A stretch of DNA of 60,060 nt, counting the filler, from Candidatus Zhuqueibacterota bacterium (GTDB lineage: Bacteria > BS750m-G25): NCBI GenBank assembly GCA_016783505.1. It is 3 parts of 3 records of this genome, joined end to end, with 100 filler letters (N's around TTAATTAATTAA, not from the genome) between each part and the next. Parts side by side here need not be neighbours in the genome. Positions count along the whole stretch, not along the records: positions 20,687 to 40,422 come from JADHWK010000039.1; positions 40,523 to 60,060 come from JADHWK010000040.1; 1 more part is not named here. One strand, 5' to 3'. Both the position numbers and the translations under genes were made by a program. Below the pieces are notes generated by a model. The model did not search any database. It saw nothing but the letters and a program-made list of their open reading frames with translations, and was not told the origin of the DNA. This document shows, piece by piece, positions 30,131 through 41,234 of this stretch. Position 1 is the first letter of the stretch, and each line of letters starts with the position of its first letter.

Positions 30131-32068
30131 TCATTGAGTCATCTTTTTCAAAATAATTTTCTCCCCATCGTGCCTCGCCATCCACCCCAGCATTTCTTTG
30201 AATTGGGGATACTCTTCGGGTTCCACTTTTATCCGTCCCATTTCGAATGATCTCTTATAGAGCAACGTATCCCCATGCTGGTCATAAGAAATAGTCATAT
30301 TTCCGATATCTGAACCCACCCGGTCACTTTGGGGAAGATGGTAAATCTGATAGCCTGTGGGTATGAGAATTTCCACCCGATCAATGTTCTTCTGCTGATA
30401 ATCGAATACCAGGGGATAGTTCCTCTCCTTCTCCGGATAAGCATAATCGGATTCAAATCGGTTAAGAACCCCCCCCTCGAAGATCAAGAAATCCCCTTCC
30501 CTGGATGCAAAATGGGGGGCCCAAAAACGGTAGAAAATCGTCAAAGGATCTTGGGGGGGGAAAGGGTCAGGGACAGTAAAACTATCAATCTCAGCACTTG
30601 AACACCAGAAGGAAAGATAGCGAGTGAGCCAATCCTTTCTTTGAACCGGGCTTAATTTCCCCATGGTCTTTCTAATCTTCATGCCGGATACCCCATAGAA
30701 ATGGGTCTTGCCCGTGCATTGAATATTCCCCTCCTCATCCAGAACCACGAACAATTCCTGCACCTTACGATTATCTTCGGGCCGGTTCAATGGGGTTCCC
30801 AGAAAGGTTGTTTTGCCTTCCTCCTTAATCACCAGCACATCAATCCCCTGGTCATACCAGGGCAATTGTCCGAAGGGACAATACAGTTCGGTAGGGTCCA
30901 GCCACACCCCGCTGGGGTCCAGGGAGGCGTAGACGATCAGATGGTCGAAGGGCTGCTGGGAGGGCAACTTTCGATCCACCCCGGCCTTGAAACGGGTGGA
31001 GACCAGGGCCGGATAGGTTTGAAGACCTACGGAACGACACAGGGCGATAATCAGGGCTCCCATGTCCTTACAGTCGCCGTATCGGGCTTCCCACACCTCC
31101 CCGGCAAAATGGGGTTGAAACCCCCCGATCCCCACCTCCACGGCCACATAGCGGATGTTCTGTTGCACAAATTGATAGATTACACTGAGTTTTTCTAAAT
31201 TATCTTGGCAGTCAGCGGTCAGCCTTTGGGCCAGTTCGGAAATTCCCCGGTCAGGTTTTAACCTCTCCTCTGCCAGTCCATAAAACCACTTCCCCACGTC
31301 CTCCCAGCTTTCCACCCCGGCCGGGGAAAAGGCCACCCGGGCCCGGATCTCTCCCCTGGGGGGCATACCGTATTCAGGGTCAATCCCGGGAAGATCCCGG
31401 GCTTCCCAGGTTAAAGTCCTTTTGGAGCCTACTCCCCAACTGATTTCCTTAGGTTCTAGATCAATGTCATAGGTTGCCCAATGGATCTTCCATTCCGGTG
31501 GGATAACCAGTGTGTAGCGGGAGATCAAGGTAGGATCGTCGTGTTGAAAGTTCCATCCCGCACCGTAGATGGGATTTCGTATGTTCTTGGTATACTGATA
31601 CTCCACCAGTCCACCATTTTCCAACCCCTTCAGGGTAAAGATTTTGGCACGGACGTCCGAATAGAACACATAATCCGGATACAGGGTAATGTCGTAAATC
31701 TCATCCTTTTCCAGCAGGACAATCTTGCCCTCAGGTGAGATGGCTCTAGCTCGAATGTTTTCGATTTCGGTATGAGACGAATAGGGAATGACCACGTTGG
31801 CGTATTTCCTACCTCGTTCATTCAGAATTTTGATAACCGTGTGCTGGGTCAGGGTGGAAAACGCCAGCTTGCCGGAAAAAACGACCATCTCCCCTTCGTC
31901 CAAGAGAAAGAGGGCCACGGCCCCAGGATACTCCTCAACACCCGGGATTTGATCAAAGGTGAAATCATCCCAGATCAGGCTTTTCTTCCACTGGGTGTTA
32001 TAATAGGCGCATCCTGAAATTAGAATGACTGAAAGGAGAAATTTGGCTGATGTATAAAGTGCTTTCAT
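30131..32068 (-). CDS. DUF3857 / transglutaminase-like lipoprotein
   Basis: ISGC lipobox; IRYVA, YGDCKD, FDHLI and WLDPT. Confidence 0.85.
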   Translation of the reverse strand: MKALYTSAKFLLSVILISGCAYYNTQWKKSLIWDDFTFDQIPGVEEYPGAVALFLLDEGEMVVFSGKLAFSTLTQHTVIKILNERGRKYANVVIPYSSHTEIENIRARAISPEGKIVLLEKDEIYDITLYPDYVFYSDVRAKIFTLKGLENGGLVEYQYTKNIRNPIYGAGWNFQHDDPTLISRYTLVIPPEWKIHWATYDIDLEPKEISWGVGSKRTLTWEARDLPGIDPEYGMPPRGEIRARVAFSPAGVESWEDVGKWFYGLAEERLKPDRGISELAQRLTADCQDNLEKLSVIYQFVQQNIRYVAVEVGIGGFQPHFAGEVWEARYGDCKDMGALIIALCRSVGLQTYPALVSTRFKAGVDRKLPSQQPFDHLIVYASLDPSGVWLDPTELYCPFGQLPWYDQGIDVLVIKEEGKTTFLGTPLNRPEDNRKVQELFVVLDEEGNIQCTGKTHFYGVSGMKIRKTMGKLSPVQRKDWLTRYLSFWCSSAEIDSFTVPDPFPPQDPLTIFYRFWAPHFASREGDFLIFEGGVLNRFESDYAYPEKERNYPLVFDYQQKNIDRVEILIPTGYQIYHLPQSDRVGSDIGNMTISYDQHGDTLLYKRSFEMGRIKVEPEEYPQFKEMLGWMARHDGEKIILKKMTQ

Positions 32069-32076
32069 CCCTCTGT

Positions 32077-32604
32077 TTAATCCAGAAGAATCAACGCGCA
32101 ATACCGACACGGGGAGTCAAGCGTTTGAGCTACTTCTAGATCGAAACCGGCCTTGCGCACCGTCCGGAAGACGTCTATCCCGCAGGCCTCCATGGATGGC
32201 CTCGCCAGGTGTTGAAATTTACAGGGCTGAGTGATGTCACAGGGGACGCAGAAGTTGCAGGGGCCCATCACCAGGGCGAAGGCCTTGTAGTGGCCGGAAA
32301 GAAAAAGCTCCCGCTCAAATTCGGCGATTTGCTTTCGGATCTCTTTCCGCCTCTGCTTCTCATTCTCATCAACAGCTAAGTCGAAGATCATCAGTAAAGC
32401 CGAAGAATAGAAACGAAGCATATTCCGTGTGGTTTCCGGCCTCGGGGAATAGGGCGGGCAGGTCAAGCGGGTGCCATAGGCGTCACAGCCGTATTGGCAC
32501 TTCAACCTCACCCATTCCTCAACGACCACTTCCTTAGGGTTGATGATCTTTGTCCCTCCCACCCCCATCGCCCGGGCCTTTTGCAGGATTTCTTCCTGAT
32601 TCAT
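32077..32604 (-). CDS. DUF2284 Cys-rich metal-binding protein
   Basis: VRLKCQYGC, TCPP, GPCNFC and ARPSMEACGIDV. Confidence 0.85.
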   Translation of the reverse strand: MNQEEILQKARAMGVGGTKIINPKEVVVEEWVRLKCQYGCDAYGTRLTCPPYSPRPETTRNMLRFYSSALLMIFDLAVDENEKQRRKEIRKQIAEFERELFLSGHYKAFALVMGPCNFCVPCDITQPCKFQHLARPSMEACGIDVFRTVRKAGFDLEVAQTLDSPCRYCALILLD

Positions 32605-32763
32605 ATCTAACGTGCTAAAATCCTCAATAAAAAAATACATTTAAATAATTCATCTGTTTTCGGTTAGGCGACCTCCTGAAATTTATTTTATCAATCGTAT
32701 TGTTTTGGATTTGTCCCGAAGCTTCGGGATGAAATTTATCCTTATCATGTAACATTATATTAC

Positions 32764-34065
32764 CTATTGTTTACTCACACTAATCCAAGAAGAGCCGATA
32801 TTTTTTATTGCTCCCTTAAGCCAGCTTATGGGTCCCCAGAAATAGGAATCCATTATCATGTCAAACCGAAAGAGGGGGGCTCTGATCCCCGCCTTCAGGA
32901 AAAACTGAAGGATCAGATCTTTATGCCGGGGGGGACATCCTTTGATTTTTCTCAGCTTTTTAGTTTTCAGCTTTCCGATCACCCGGGTGCAACTGCCCAC
33001 CAGCATCACCCTTTCCACTTCCACATCGCCCTGGTATTCCCCGATCACCACCGTCCAACGGGGAAGATTTCGATAAAGCTCCGGATTGCGATCCCTTATC
33101 ATGTACAGCCAGTCTAGCATTATTCCGTGGCAGCCACCGGTGCAGTAGGGCTCCCCGGAGCGGATGTCGAAATTTATGTCCAATTCATGGACGGGCTGGA
33201 AACCGTTCTCCCAGCCTTGGGTCCTCTTCTGAAGTTCCTCTAAGGAAACGTCGCCAGAAAGGTCAATTTCCGCCAGGGATAAAGGGCCATATCCCCGCCG
33301 ATGGGACTCAATGAGATACTCTAAGGTTTCCGGCTTAAAACCAAATATATGGGCACATACGGCATCGTGGGCCACTGGATTGGTAGCCATAATGATGACC
33401 CCTAGAGGATGGCCGTGTTGGGTCATTTGGTTACCACCTAAGGCAATCTCAACAGCATCCGTAAGGATTAGATCGGGATAACCCACCTCCAATAAGTCAG
33501 CAATTTTTTGATCCAAATCGTAATGGTGATGGTACATGCGTTCTTTGCTGTACATAATGCCGATGTTTAGTTTGATGGCCGCGGTCATCCCCCCGACTAA
33601 AACATTCGATTTTAGCTTGGGGGCATAGATTAAAAAATCACGGTCCACCACCGGCCTGGCAACGGTTATAGTTTTGTGAATTTTTCCCTTTTTCAGCGTC
33701 AATTTAATTCTCCTGTCCTCTTCCTGGGGCGACAATTTAAGGTGGTGATTCTCCCGTAATTTTTTATACGCCGCCCTTTTAAACATCCTGGCCGTGGGAA
33801 TTCCCACCCCGGAGTTTTCGGATAATATGATAGGCAATTCGTTCTTTTTTATGCCCTCAATTTCATATAAAAGGGCATCCAGGAATTCAGGACGGGTGAA
33901 ACCGGAAGGGGCGATCTCGGGGTGGGCCAATACCACGTTGGGTTTGATGGTCACTCTACCCCAAATCTTCGGGGTAACCCCCAACCCCTCAATACCCGTC
34001 CTGATAATCTCCCGCATCCTCTCAAGATCGTAATTTTCACAACGTCTGATAATAACCTTTTCCAT
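32764..34065 (-). CDS. DUF362 family protein
   Basis: IKPN, PKLKSN, AIKLNIG, NPVAHD and GCPP. Confidence 0.8.
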   Translation of the reverse strand: MEKVIIRRCENYDLERMREIIRTGIEGLGVTPKIWGRVTIKPNVVLAHPEIAPSGFTRPEFLDALLYEIEGIKKNELPIILSENSGVGIPTARMFKRAAYKKLRENHHLKLSPQEEDRRIKLTLKKGKIHKTITVARPVVDRDFLIYAPKLKSNVLVGGMTAAIKLNIGIMYSKERMYHHHYDLDQKIADLLEVGYPDLILTDAVEIALGGNQMTQHGHPLGVIIMATNPVAHDAVCAHIFGFKPETLEYLIESHRRGYGPLSLAEIDLSGDVSLEELQKRTQGWENGFQPVHELDINFDIRSGEPYCTGGCHGIMLDWLYMIRDRNPELYRNLPRWTVVIGEYQGDVEVERVMLVGSCTRVIGKLKTKKLRKIKGCPPRHKDLILQFFLKAGIRAPLFRFDMIMDSYFWGPISWLKGAIKNIGSSWISVSKQ

Positions 34066-34125
34066 TTTCCCCTTCCCTGATTTTAATGGTAGTCATTATG
34101 GGTAGGTCTGGTCAATCAGGCGCCT

Positions 34126-34294
34126 GGGCCTGTTGCAGAACTATCGCAATTGATAATTTAGTTTTGTTTAGAACCGCTCTAAAGAGCGGTTCTGGTTGAT
34201 TAATTGCTAAACAAAACGTTAACCAGAACCTTATCCCGATAGTTCGGGATAGGTTCTGGACATTAGCAACGTTTACTAGTTGTACCACAGACCC
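34126..34294. mobile_element. MITE family A, copy 3
   Basis: Terminal inverted repeats GGGCCTGTTGCAGAACT / AGTTGTACCACAGACCC. Confidence 0.75.
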
Positions 34295-34633
34295 GCCTGA
34301 CTGATGCCCGACTGATAATAAATTTGACAACAGTTTATCACCAAAATTTATTTCTGAATCTTCTGCCCTTTTTGGCCTATCTCAAAGTCCTCCTTTGAAC
34401 CCCCCTTTTATTCCCCTCTTTAATAAAGGGGGGCTGGGGGGGATTTAGGGGGAAAACGACATAGAGTCAATTTTAAGAATTATCATATTCGTTTTTCACT
34501 ATACCTTGTCCCAAAGGTATTCCATCGGGAGTTGACTTGTCACGAAGTGATCCCGATATTTCGGGAGTGGCTGAACTATTACGATATTTGTTATGTTCGG
34601 GACAAATGTCCTATTGTTTTACCCCTTATGGAC

Positions 34634-35848
34634 TTACCTGACTACCAGCAGTACCGCGGTAAACAAAACGATCAACAGGACGGGTTTGATCAACAATTTA
34701 TAAATTTTGGCGAAATCCGCATTAAAGTAATCCTTGGTCAGCGAAAGGCAGAGGTGAACCGGTGAAAGCAGCACCCCCATAAATCCGCTTACATAGGCAA
34801 ACATGGCCAGCGATAGATCCGGTGATGGTTGACCCATAAAGGGGAGCAGCAGCGGGAACGAAATCCCGATATAGGCCTGATTGACACCGGTTAAAAGGCC
34901 CACCAGGAAAGGGACAGAAAAGAGCAAAAAAAGGGGCGAAAGCCCCAGTTGTTGAAAGGAATTGGGAAGCACGGTAAGGGCATTTGAGGCCTCCAGCATT
35001 CCCTTGAAGATCATAACGGAGACTAAAAGCAGAATTGTCCGCCACGAAAATCCCTCTTTGACGGACTGCCATCTTTCCCGCCAATCGAGCGGGGAGGTCA
35101 CCAAAAAAATTAAGGTGACAGCAAAAACGACCCAGATTAATTTCACCCGAAATGCGATCATCACCCCGATGATGAACAGCACAGGCCAGATACTTCTTGT
35201 AATGCCCCATAGTCCGGCCCAAAAATCGGGTGATCCCCGTTTTTCCCTTTTTAGCTTAGGAACCTGAACCAGCCCCAGCAATACCCCGCCGAAGATAGCC
35301 ACCAGGGTTAATGGCCATTGAACCGCCATCAGCTTCCGAATGGATACCTGCAGAATAACGGCTTCCATAATCAGGCCTGGATACAGGGGCCACCAGTATT
35401 CCCACAGGTGGCGGAACCAGTAGTTAAAAAAGGTCTTTTGCTGGGGTGTTAGATTGAGCTTTTCCCCCGTCTCCTGGACCATGGGAGCTGAGAACATAGC
35501 CCCCCCGGGCATGGGCAGAAGCCCGATCAGGGCCGGAGGTATCACCAGGGCCACCCTCCGGTCGGCCACCAGCCCCTCCATGGATTGGGACATCAGGGTT
35601 AGGTTTCCGCTGTCCTTGAGCAGTCTCCCCAGGATAATAATGATAATCACCACCCCCACCAGTTCCAGGGTTGAGCGGTCAACCGCGGTGTAAACCACAT
35701 TTTTTATAAGGCTTAAGGGACCCAGCCCAAACAACAGACCCAACAGGATGGATGCCAGAACTAAGTTTAGCCCCAGGTCCCATTTACGCCAGATAAAAAA
35801 AACGATGAACAGTACCACCAATAGGATTTTAATCAGTTCAAGCATCAT
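34634..35848 (-). CDS. DUF401 membrane protein
   Basis: GLLPMPGGAMFSAP, NYWFRH and LSPVHLC. Confidence 0.85.
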   Translation of the reverse strand: MMLELIKILLVVLFIVFFIWRKWDLGLNLVLASILLGLLFGLGPLSLIKNVVYTAVDRSTLELVGVVIIIIILGRLLKDSGNLTLMSQSMEGLVADRRVALVIPPALIGLLPMPGGAMFSAPMVQETGEKLNLTPQQKTFFNYWFRHLWEYWWPLYPGLIMEAVILQVSIRKLMAVQWPLTLVAIFGGVLLGLVQVPKLKREKRGSPDFWAGLWGITRSIWPVLFIIGVMIAFRVKLIWVVFAVTLIFLVTSPLDWRERWQSVKEGFSWRTILLLVSVMIFKGMLEASNALTVLPNSFQQLGLSPLFLLFSVPFLVGLLTGVNQAYIGISFPLLLPFMGQPSPDLSLAMFAYVSGFMGVLLSPVHLCLSLTKDYFNADFAKIYKLLIKPVLLIVLFTAVLLVVR

Positions 35849-36134
35849 AAGTCCCTATTTCAAAAATCACCGTTCCCCCACCCGTAAATTCACAGGGATC
35901 CAGACATTGCACAAAGGCCTTACCGTTTTCACACCTGGTAAGGCCTAAATCCTTCGCCGCCACCCCCCGGGACAGAGCCACATAGTAGGGCATCAGGGAA
36001 GCCAGCGAATGCATACAGATCTTTTGATCCTTATCCGCCTCTAACACATACCCATCCCTTATAATGATTTCGTCACCCTTCTGATAAACAGGACAACGTC
36101 CTTTGATCTGATGAACCCTGACAATCAGCTTCAT
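35838..36134 (-). CDS. TIGR04076-like small Cys protein
   Basis: GRCPVY, ICMHSL and QCLDP. Confidence 0.7.
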   Translation of the reverse strand: MKLIVRVHQIKGRCPVYQKGDEIIIRDGYVLEADKDQKICMHSLASLMPYYVALSRGVAAKDLGLTRCENGKAFVQCLDPCEFTGGGTVIFEIGTYDA

Positions 36135-36140
36135 CGAAAT

Positions 36141-37889
36141 CTACGGAGAAATTTCCCAATCCCCCCCAGGGCCCCCATAGGCTCCCATATCAACCCCGTC
36201 CTGTCCAGTACCTTTACAAGGTGACCCGTCTTGAAGATGATAGTCCCCACCTCCAACGAAGTGGGGAAGAGTATCGATACACGTTGAGGTGAACCACGGT
36301 TCACCCGTTCCCTCTTGAACATCAGAATATGATACTTCGATGAGGGGTACAGACCAGATCTCGTCCAGAGTATTTCCCCATAAAATGGTGTTTTTTACCT
36401 CTGTGTTGGATGATTGAAAGGTCCCGATGCCCATCCCGGAACCGTCGGCGATGGTATTATTCACGATTGAGGGATGAGAAGAATAAATGCCTATTCCAAT
36501 TCCCCCCTCAACATTGGGAAGGTTATCTATTAAAATATCAAGCGCATCAGCTATAAATGAGAGGTCTTCCGTTGAAATAGTCACGGAATTGACAATAAGG
36601 TTGTTGTAAATCTCGGGATCAGGCGATGAAGGTCCAGATAAAATAATTCCTCCTCCATTCCCAGTAAAGAAATTTTGCTTAATTGTAAGGGATGATCCAT
36701 CACATCCAATTCCCAACATATTACCTTCAAAAGTATTCAATTTAACTTCTTCTAAGTCGGAATCCAAAATGGCAATCCCCAATAGATTATTTTGAAATGA
36801 ATTTTGTTGAATTGAGGGTGGGGATGATTCTTTACACCAGATTCCGACCACATTAACCCTAAAAGTATTTAAATGAACCTCTTCTGGATTTGAATCTCTT
36901 AGGTAAATTCCCAGAGAGTCATATTCAAAAATGTTTCCCTGAATGACCGGGTTGGAATACCGACAATGAATTCCGTACTCTGGATTATTGGAGATTGTAT
37001 TGTTTTTAATGATCGGTGTTGTATTGGCACCTGTTATCTTAATCCCCATTTTAGAATTGTTAAGAATTTGATTGCTCTCAACCACTGGATTTGACCCATC
37101 GGAAAGGATACCGGCATAGGTATGATCTTTGATATGGTTGTTTCGGATAATTGGATCGGCTGAGCTTAGCTCAATACCCGCGTAGCTATTTTCCAAGTAA
37201 TTACCCTGAATTAAAGGATGGGCCTGCACACAATAAATGCCTGTATAGGTCAGAGCATCCACAATTTTAATGGTAAAACCCTGAATTACAGCAGTCGTAT
37301 CTTCCCCATGATTAAAAGTTACTACGTCAGCGTCCAATCCGGTTCCATCCAAAATGGTAACCCCATACCCCTCCCCTTTCAGAACAATTTTTTTGCCGTT
37401 GAAATTGATGGCTTCATTATAGGTCCCCGCTTTCACAAAGACCGTATCCCCATCTAACACATCGTCGGAATTAATCATCTCCTGAATGGAAGACCCAGGA
37501 TATACTATGAACCGGACACAAACGGTGTTATCCACCATCACCGTAACCGTATCCGAAAGGACTTCCTCATCCGGATAAAAAGCTTTGGCAAAAATTTCAT
37601 GATAACTGCTGTCCGGGTGCACAGTAGTATCCCATTGATAAGGAAAACGAGGCACGGAGTCGGAAGGCGCCGTTACTGTTCCCCCAGGAGGATCAACCTG
37701 TCGAATAGAATATTCGACACTATCAACGTCATAATTGGTATTTATACTAATGCTACATTCCCGATAGACCACAGTCCCGTCCACCGGTCTGAAAATAGTG
37801 ACCTCTTTCTCCTCGTCTTCATCCATATCACATCCAATGATGAAAACGGTGGCCACTAAAAAAACGGAAAACATCTTCAGGGTTTTCAT
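36141..37889 (-). CDS. Right-handed beta-helix (NosD-like) lipoprotein
   Basis: IIGC lipobox; GDTVFVKAGTY; repeated NxxxNNxxGI turns; DMGAYGG. Confidence 0.85.
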   Translation of the reverse strand: MKTLKMFSVFLVATVFIIGCDMDEDEEKEVTIFRPVDGTVVYRECSISINTNYDVDSVEYSIRQVDPPGGTVTAPSDSVPRFPYQWDTTVHPDSSYHEIFAKAFYPDEEVLSDTVTVMVDNTVCVRFIVYPGSSIQEMINSDDVLDGDTVFVKAGTYNEAINFNGKKIVLKGEGYGVTILDGTGLDADVVTFNHGEDTTAVIQGFTIKIVDALTYTGIYCVQAHPLIQGNYLENSYAGIELSSADPIIRNNHIKDHTYAGILSDGSNPVVESNQILNNSKMGIKITGANTTPIIKNNTISNNPEYGIHCRYSNPVIQGNIFEYDSLGIYLRDSNPEEVHLNTFRVNVVGIWCKESSPPSIQQNSFQNNLLGIAILDSDLEEVKLNTFEGNMLGIGCDGSSLTIKQNFFTGNGGGIILSGPSSPDPEIYNNLIVNSVTISTEDLSFIADALDILIDNLPNVEGGIGIGIYSSHPSIVNNTIADGSGMGIGTFQSSNTEVKNTILWGNTLDEIWSVPLIEVSYSDVQEGTGEPWFTSTCIDTLPHFVGGGDYHLQDGSPCKGTGQDGVDMGAYGGPGGDWEISP

Positions 37890-37926
37890 CTTTCCTCCTT
37901 AAATTATTATCGTTTCTTTCGGTTAA

Positions 37927-39459
37927 TTACAGCCACAAGTTCCGGTCCAGGCTCCGGTATTGGATGGCTTCTGAGATGTGGACCGGAAGGATATCATCAG
38001 AGCCCTCCAGGTCGGCGATGGTCCGGGATACCTTCAGAATGCGATCGTAGGCCCGGGCGGAAAGCCCCAGCTTGGTGATTGCCATTTTCAAAAGTTCCTC
38101 CCCCTCCTCATCAATGGGACAATATTTCCGAATATCCTTGGATTCCATGTCTGCATTTGAGAACTTACCCGTCTGGGCAAACCTTTTCAATTGCCCCTTG
38201 CGGGCCTGGATTACCCGTTGACGGATGACCTCCGATCGCTCGCCGGCCTGTTTGCTGGACATATCTTTGTATCTAACGGCGGGCACTTCGATATGAATAT
38301 CAATGCGGTCCAATAGGGGTCCCGAAATCCGGCTCATATATTTCTGAATCTGGGGAGGGGTGCAGGAGCATTCATTGTTCGGGTCGGTCAAAAAACCGCA
38401 AGGGCAGGGGTTCATGGCCGCCGACAGCATAAAATTAGCCGGGTAGGTCAAAGAAATAGCCGCCCTTGCGATGGAAACCCATCCGTCCTCCATCGGTTGC
38501 CGCATCACCTCGAGCACGTTCTTTTTAAATTCCGAGAGCTCATCTAAGAACAACACCCCGTGATGGGCCAGGCTCACCTCCCCGGGCCTGGGAATATGCC
38601 CCCCGCCGATCAACCCCGCATCGGAGATCGTATGGTGAGGGGAGCGATACGGCCTGGTGGCAATTAAAGCCTTATGGGAGGGAAGCAGCCCCGCCACCGA
38701 ATGGATTTTGGTGGTCTCCAGAGCCTCCTCTAAGGACAAATTTGGCAGGATGGTGGGCAACCGCTTGGCCAACATGGTCTTGCCCGATCCCGGGGGACCG
38801 ATCATAAGGATGTTGTGATTCCCGGCGGCAGCCACCTCCAAGGCCCGTTTGACCTGTTCCTGTCCCTTGACGTCGGAGAAGTCAACATCGTAGCTCTGAC
38901 TTTCACTGAATACTCCTTCAAGATCTATGGTAAAGGGTTCAATCTTCGACTTGTCGTTCAGAAAATCCACCGCCTCTTTCAGGCTTTCTACGGGATAGAC
39001 CCTTACCGCATCCACGATGGCCGCCTCCTCGGCGTTCTCCATCGGCAGGATGATCCCCTTGAGACCCTCCTCCTTGACGGCGACCGAGATGGGCAGCGCC
39101 CCCCGGATGGGCCTTAAGGCCCCATCCAAGGACAGCTCACCCAGAATGGCAAAGTCCAGCAGTCGCTCCGGGGAGACCTGACCGGTGGCCGCCAGGATGC
39201 CAATCGCCATCGGTAGATCGAAGGCCGAACCCTCCTTTTTGATGTCAGCCGGGGCCAGGTTGACGGTAATCTTCTTCCGGGGGAAATAGTAGTCCGAGTT
39301 CTTTATGGCCGCGTTGACCCTCTCCTTGCTCTCCTTCACCGCCCCGTCTGGCAGGCCCACGGTGGAAAAGGAGGGCAGCATGGGCTCTAAGTGGGCCTCC
39401 ACTTGCACAATATAGGCGTCAATACCGAGAACAGAAGCGCTTAAGGCTTTAGCGAACAT
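37927..39459 (-). CDS. comM: YifB/ComM Mg-chelatase-like AAA ATPase
   Basis: [24 protein letters not shown] and NPCPCG. Confidence 0.93.
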   Translation of the reverse strand: MFAKALSASVLGIDAYIVQVEAHLEPMLPSFSTVGLPDGAVKESKERVNAAIKNSDYYFPRKKITVNLAPADIKKEGSAFDLPMAIGILAATGQVSPERLLDFAILGELSLDGALRPIRGALPISVAVKEEGLKGIILPMENAEEAAIVDAVRVYPVESLKEAVDFLNDKSKIEPFTIDLEGVFSESQSYDVDFSDVKGQEQVKRALEVAAAGNHNILMIGPPGSGKTMLAKRLPTILPNLSLEEALETTKIHSVAGLLPSHKALIATRPYRSPHHTISDAGLIGGGHIPRPGEVSLAHHGVLFLDELSEFKKNVLEVMRQPMEDGWVSIARAAISLTYPANFMLSAAMNPCPCGFLTDPNNECSCTPPQIQKYMSRISGPLLDRIDIHIEVPAVRYKDMSSKQAGERSEVIRQRVIQARKGQLKRFAQTGKFSNADMESKDIRKYCPIDEEGEELLKMAITKLGLSARAYDRILKVSRTIADLEGSDDILPVHISEAIQYRSLDRNLWL

Positions 39460-39513
39460 GGTTAGTTCTATCCTTAAAGTAGAGAAATTTTGGTCGAAAA
39501 ACAGTGCTCAAGA

Positions 39514-40422
39514 TCACTTTTTGGCAAATATATTTCGGAAAACCCCAACTGCTTGCTCAATCTCTTCCTCAGTAACATCAAGATGGGTCACCGCCCGCAG
39601 TTGATTCTTCCTCAGCCCAGTGGGTAAAATCAACACCCCCTGCTCCTTCAAACCTCGAAGGGCGTCTTCAAGGGTCAGTCCCGACTGATCTATATTGACG
39701 ATGACAATATTGGTCTGTACGCTCTCCAGGTCAATCTCAAGACCATTGATCTTGGCCAGTTCCTCTGCCAGATAGCGGGCTTTTTGGTGGTCCTCCTGGA
39801 GACGCTCAATATGATGATCCAGGGCATATAGGCAGGCAGCGGCCAGCACCCCGACCTGCCTCATTCCCCCACCGAAGGTCTTTCGAAAGCGATGGGCCCG
39901 GTGGATAAAATCCTTCGATCCCACCAGGATTGAACCTACCGGCGCTCCCAGACCCTTGGAAAAACAGAGGGAGATCGAATCAAAATAACTGCAATATTCC
40001 TCCAGACTGATCCCCGTTGCCACCGAGGCGTTCCACAGCCGGGCCCCGTCCAGATGCATCTTCAGATCCCTCCGCAGGGCCACCATCCGGATGCGGCGAA
40101 TCTCATCAACAGGGAAAATAGTCCCCCCCGCCCGGTTGTGGGTATTTTCGATGAGGACCAATTGGGTGTGGGGAAAATGATCATCTGGGGGCCTGATGTC
40201 CGATTCAATCTGTTCCGCAGTGATCATCCCCCGTTTTCCCCGAAGGGGATGGAGCTGGACTCCGGAAAGAAAAGCCGGGGCTCCGGATTCAAAATTGTAG
40301 GGATGGCTGCCTTCTTCGAGGATGACCTCGTCCCCGGGCTGGGTATGGGTTTTGATGGCCACCTGGTTGGACATGGTGCCCGATGCCATGAACAGAGCCG
40401 TTTCCTTCCCACACATTTCGGC
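39514..40422 (-). CDS. ltaE: Low-specificity L-threonine aldolase (5' end truncated)
   Basis: SGTMSN, ENTHN, HLDGAR, SKGLGAP and GGGMRQ. Confidence 0.93.
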   Translation of the reverse strand, partial: AEMCGKETALFMASGTMSNQVAIKTHTQPGDEVILEEGSHPYNFESGAPAFLSGVQLHPLRGKRGMITAEQIESDIRPPDDHFPHTQLVLIENTHNRAGGTIFPVDEIRRIRMVALRRDLKMHLDGARLWNASVATGISLEEYCSYFDSISLCFSKGLGAPVGSILVGSKDFIHRAHRFRKTFGGGMRQVGVLAAACLYALDHHIERLQEDHQKARYLAEELAKINGLEIDLESVQTNIVIVNIDQSGLTLEDALRGLKEQGVLILPTGLRKNQLRAVTHLDVTEEEIEQAVGVFRNIFAKK

Positions 40423-40522
40423 NNNNNNNNNNNNNNNNNNNNNNNNNNNNNNNNNNNNNNNNNNNNTTAATTAATTAANNNNNNNNNNNNNNNNNNNNNN
40501 NNNNNNNNNNNNNNNNNNNNNN
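40423..40522. other. Artificial contig linker
   Basis: N44-TTAATTAATTAA-N44. Confidence 0.98.
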
Positions 40523-40649
40523 TGGCTTCTTGAAATTGCCCTTTATTCTCAAATTCGAGGACCCTTTCCATTGGATCCTTCCGAGCACAGCCAATTATAG
40601 CAATGAGCCATAGACAGGAGATTACTAGAATTGAACTTTTTTCGACCAT
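40523..40649 (-). CDS. Lipoprotein (3' end truncated)
   Basis: IIGC lipobox; GGAGG RBS. Confidence 0.6.
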
Positions 40650-40767
40650 TTCTAAACCCTCCTCCTATAAATAAATTCCTAACCCTCTAACCGTCGGGAT
40701 GGTCCCGATTAGTATCAGGACAACCTTCCCGATAACCCAAGCATTGAATATTGCTTATTTATAAATG

Positions 40768-40841
40768 TCGGAGCGATCCGATTCGAACGGACGACCCCCT
40801 GGTCCCAAACCAGGTGCGCTACCGGACTGCGCCACGCTCCG
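40768..40841 (-). tRNA. tRNA-Pro(TGG)
   Basis: Cloverleaf CGGAGCG acceptor stem, CCTGG-TTTGGGA-CCAGG anticodon arm, GTTCGAATC T-loop; CCA not encoded. Confidence 0.96.
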
Positions 40842-41053
40842 AGTAAGACTATATCATTTTGATTAAAATGTATTCAATTTTTTCCCAAAAGTCAACCCTA
40901 AAGTTAAAAAATATCAATTTCTCCCAATTTATGGCTTCACTGCAGAAAGGTAAAAATTGGTCAGGTTAGTCAGGTGCCTGACTGACGCCTGAGTTAAGTG
41001 ATCCTACACGGTCTGTGACCATGTTTAAAGAACTTTTTGCAGTAAGCACCATT

Positions 41054-41088
41054 AAAAAAACCGTTTCCAGTATGGAATACGGTTTTTA
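41054..41088 (-). terminator. Intrinsic terminator downstream of the TPP-like aptamer
   Basis: Minus strand AAAAACCGT..ACGGTTTTTTT. Confidence 0.75.
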
Positions 41089-41102
41089 TCAGTATGTCTT
41101 AT

Positions 41103-41185
41103 TACCCTAAAATTGCCTTACCCAGAGCGGGTTCAAAGAGTATAATCTCAGCTCTTCCTGCATCGGTCGGGTATGCACCTCTAAC
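41103..41185 (-). promoter_or_regulatory. Degenerate or variant TPP riboswitch aptamer
   Basis: Minus strand AGAGGTGC-hairpin-GCTGAGATTATACTCTTTGAACCCGCTCTGGGTAAGGC..TAGGG follows the THI-box layout. Confidence 0.65.
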
Positions 41186-41234
41186 TATGATTAAACAGAA
41201 TCATTTGTTCCATAAGAATGGGGGTAGTTAGATA

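Noticed and set aside
41100-41225. 6S RNA
   Set aside because: No long rod structure; motif order fits a THI box better
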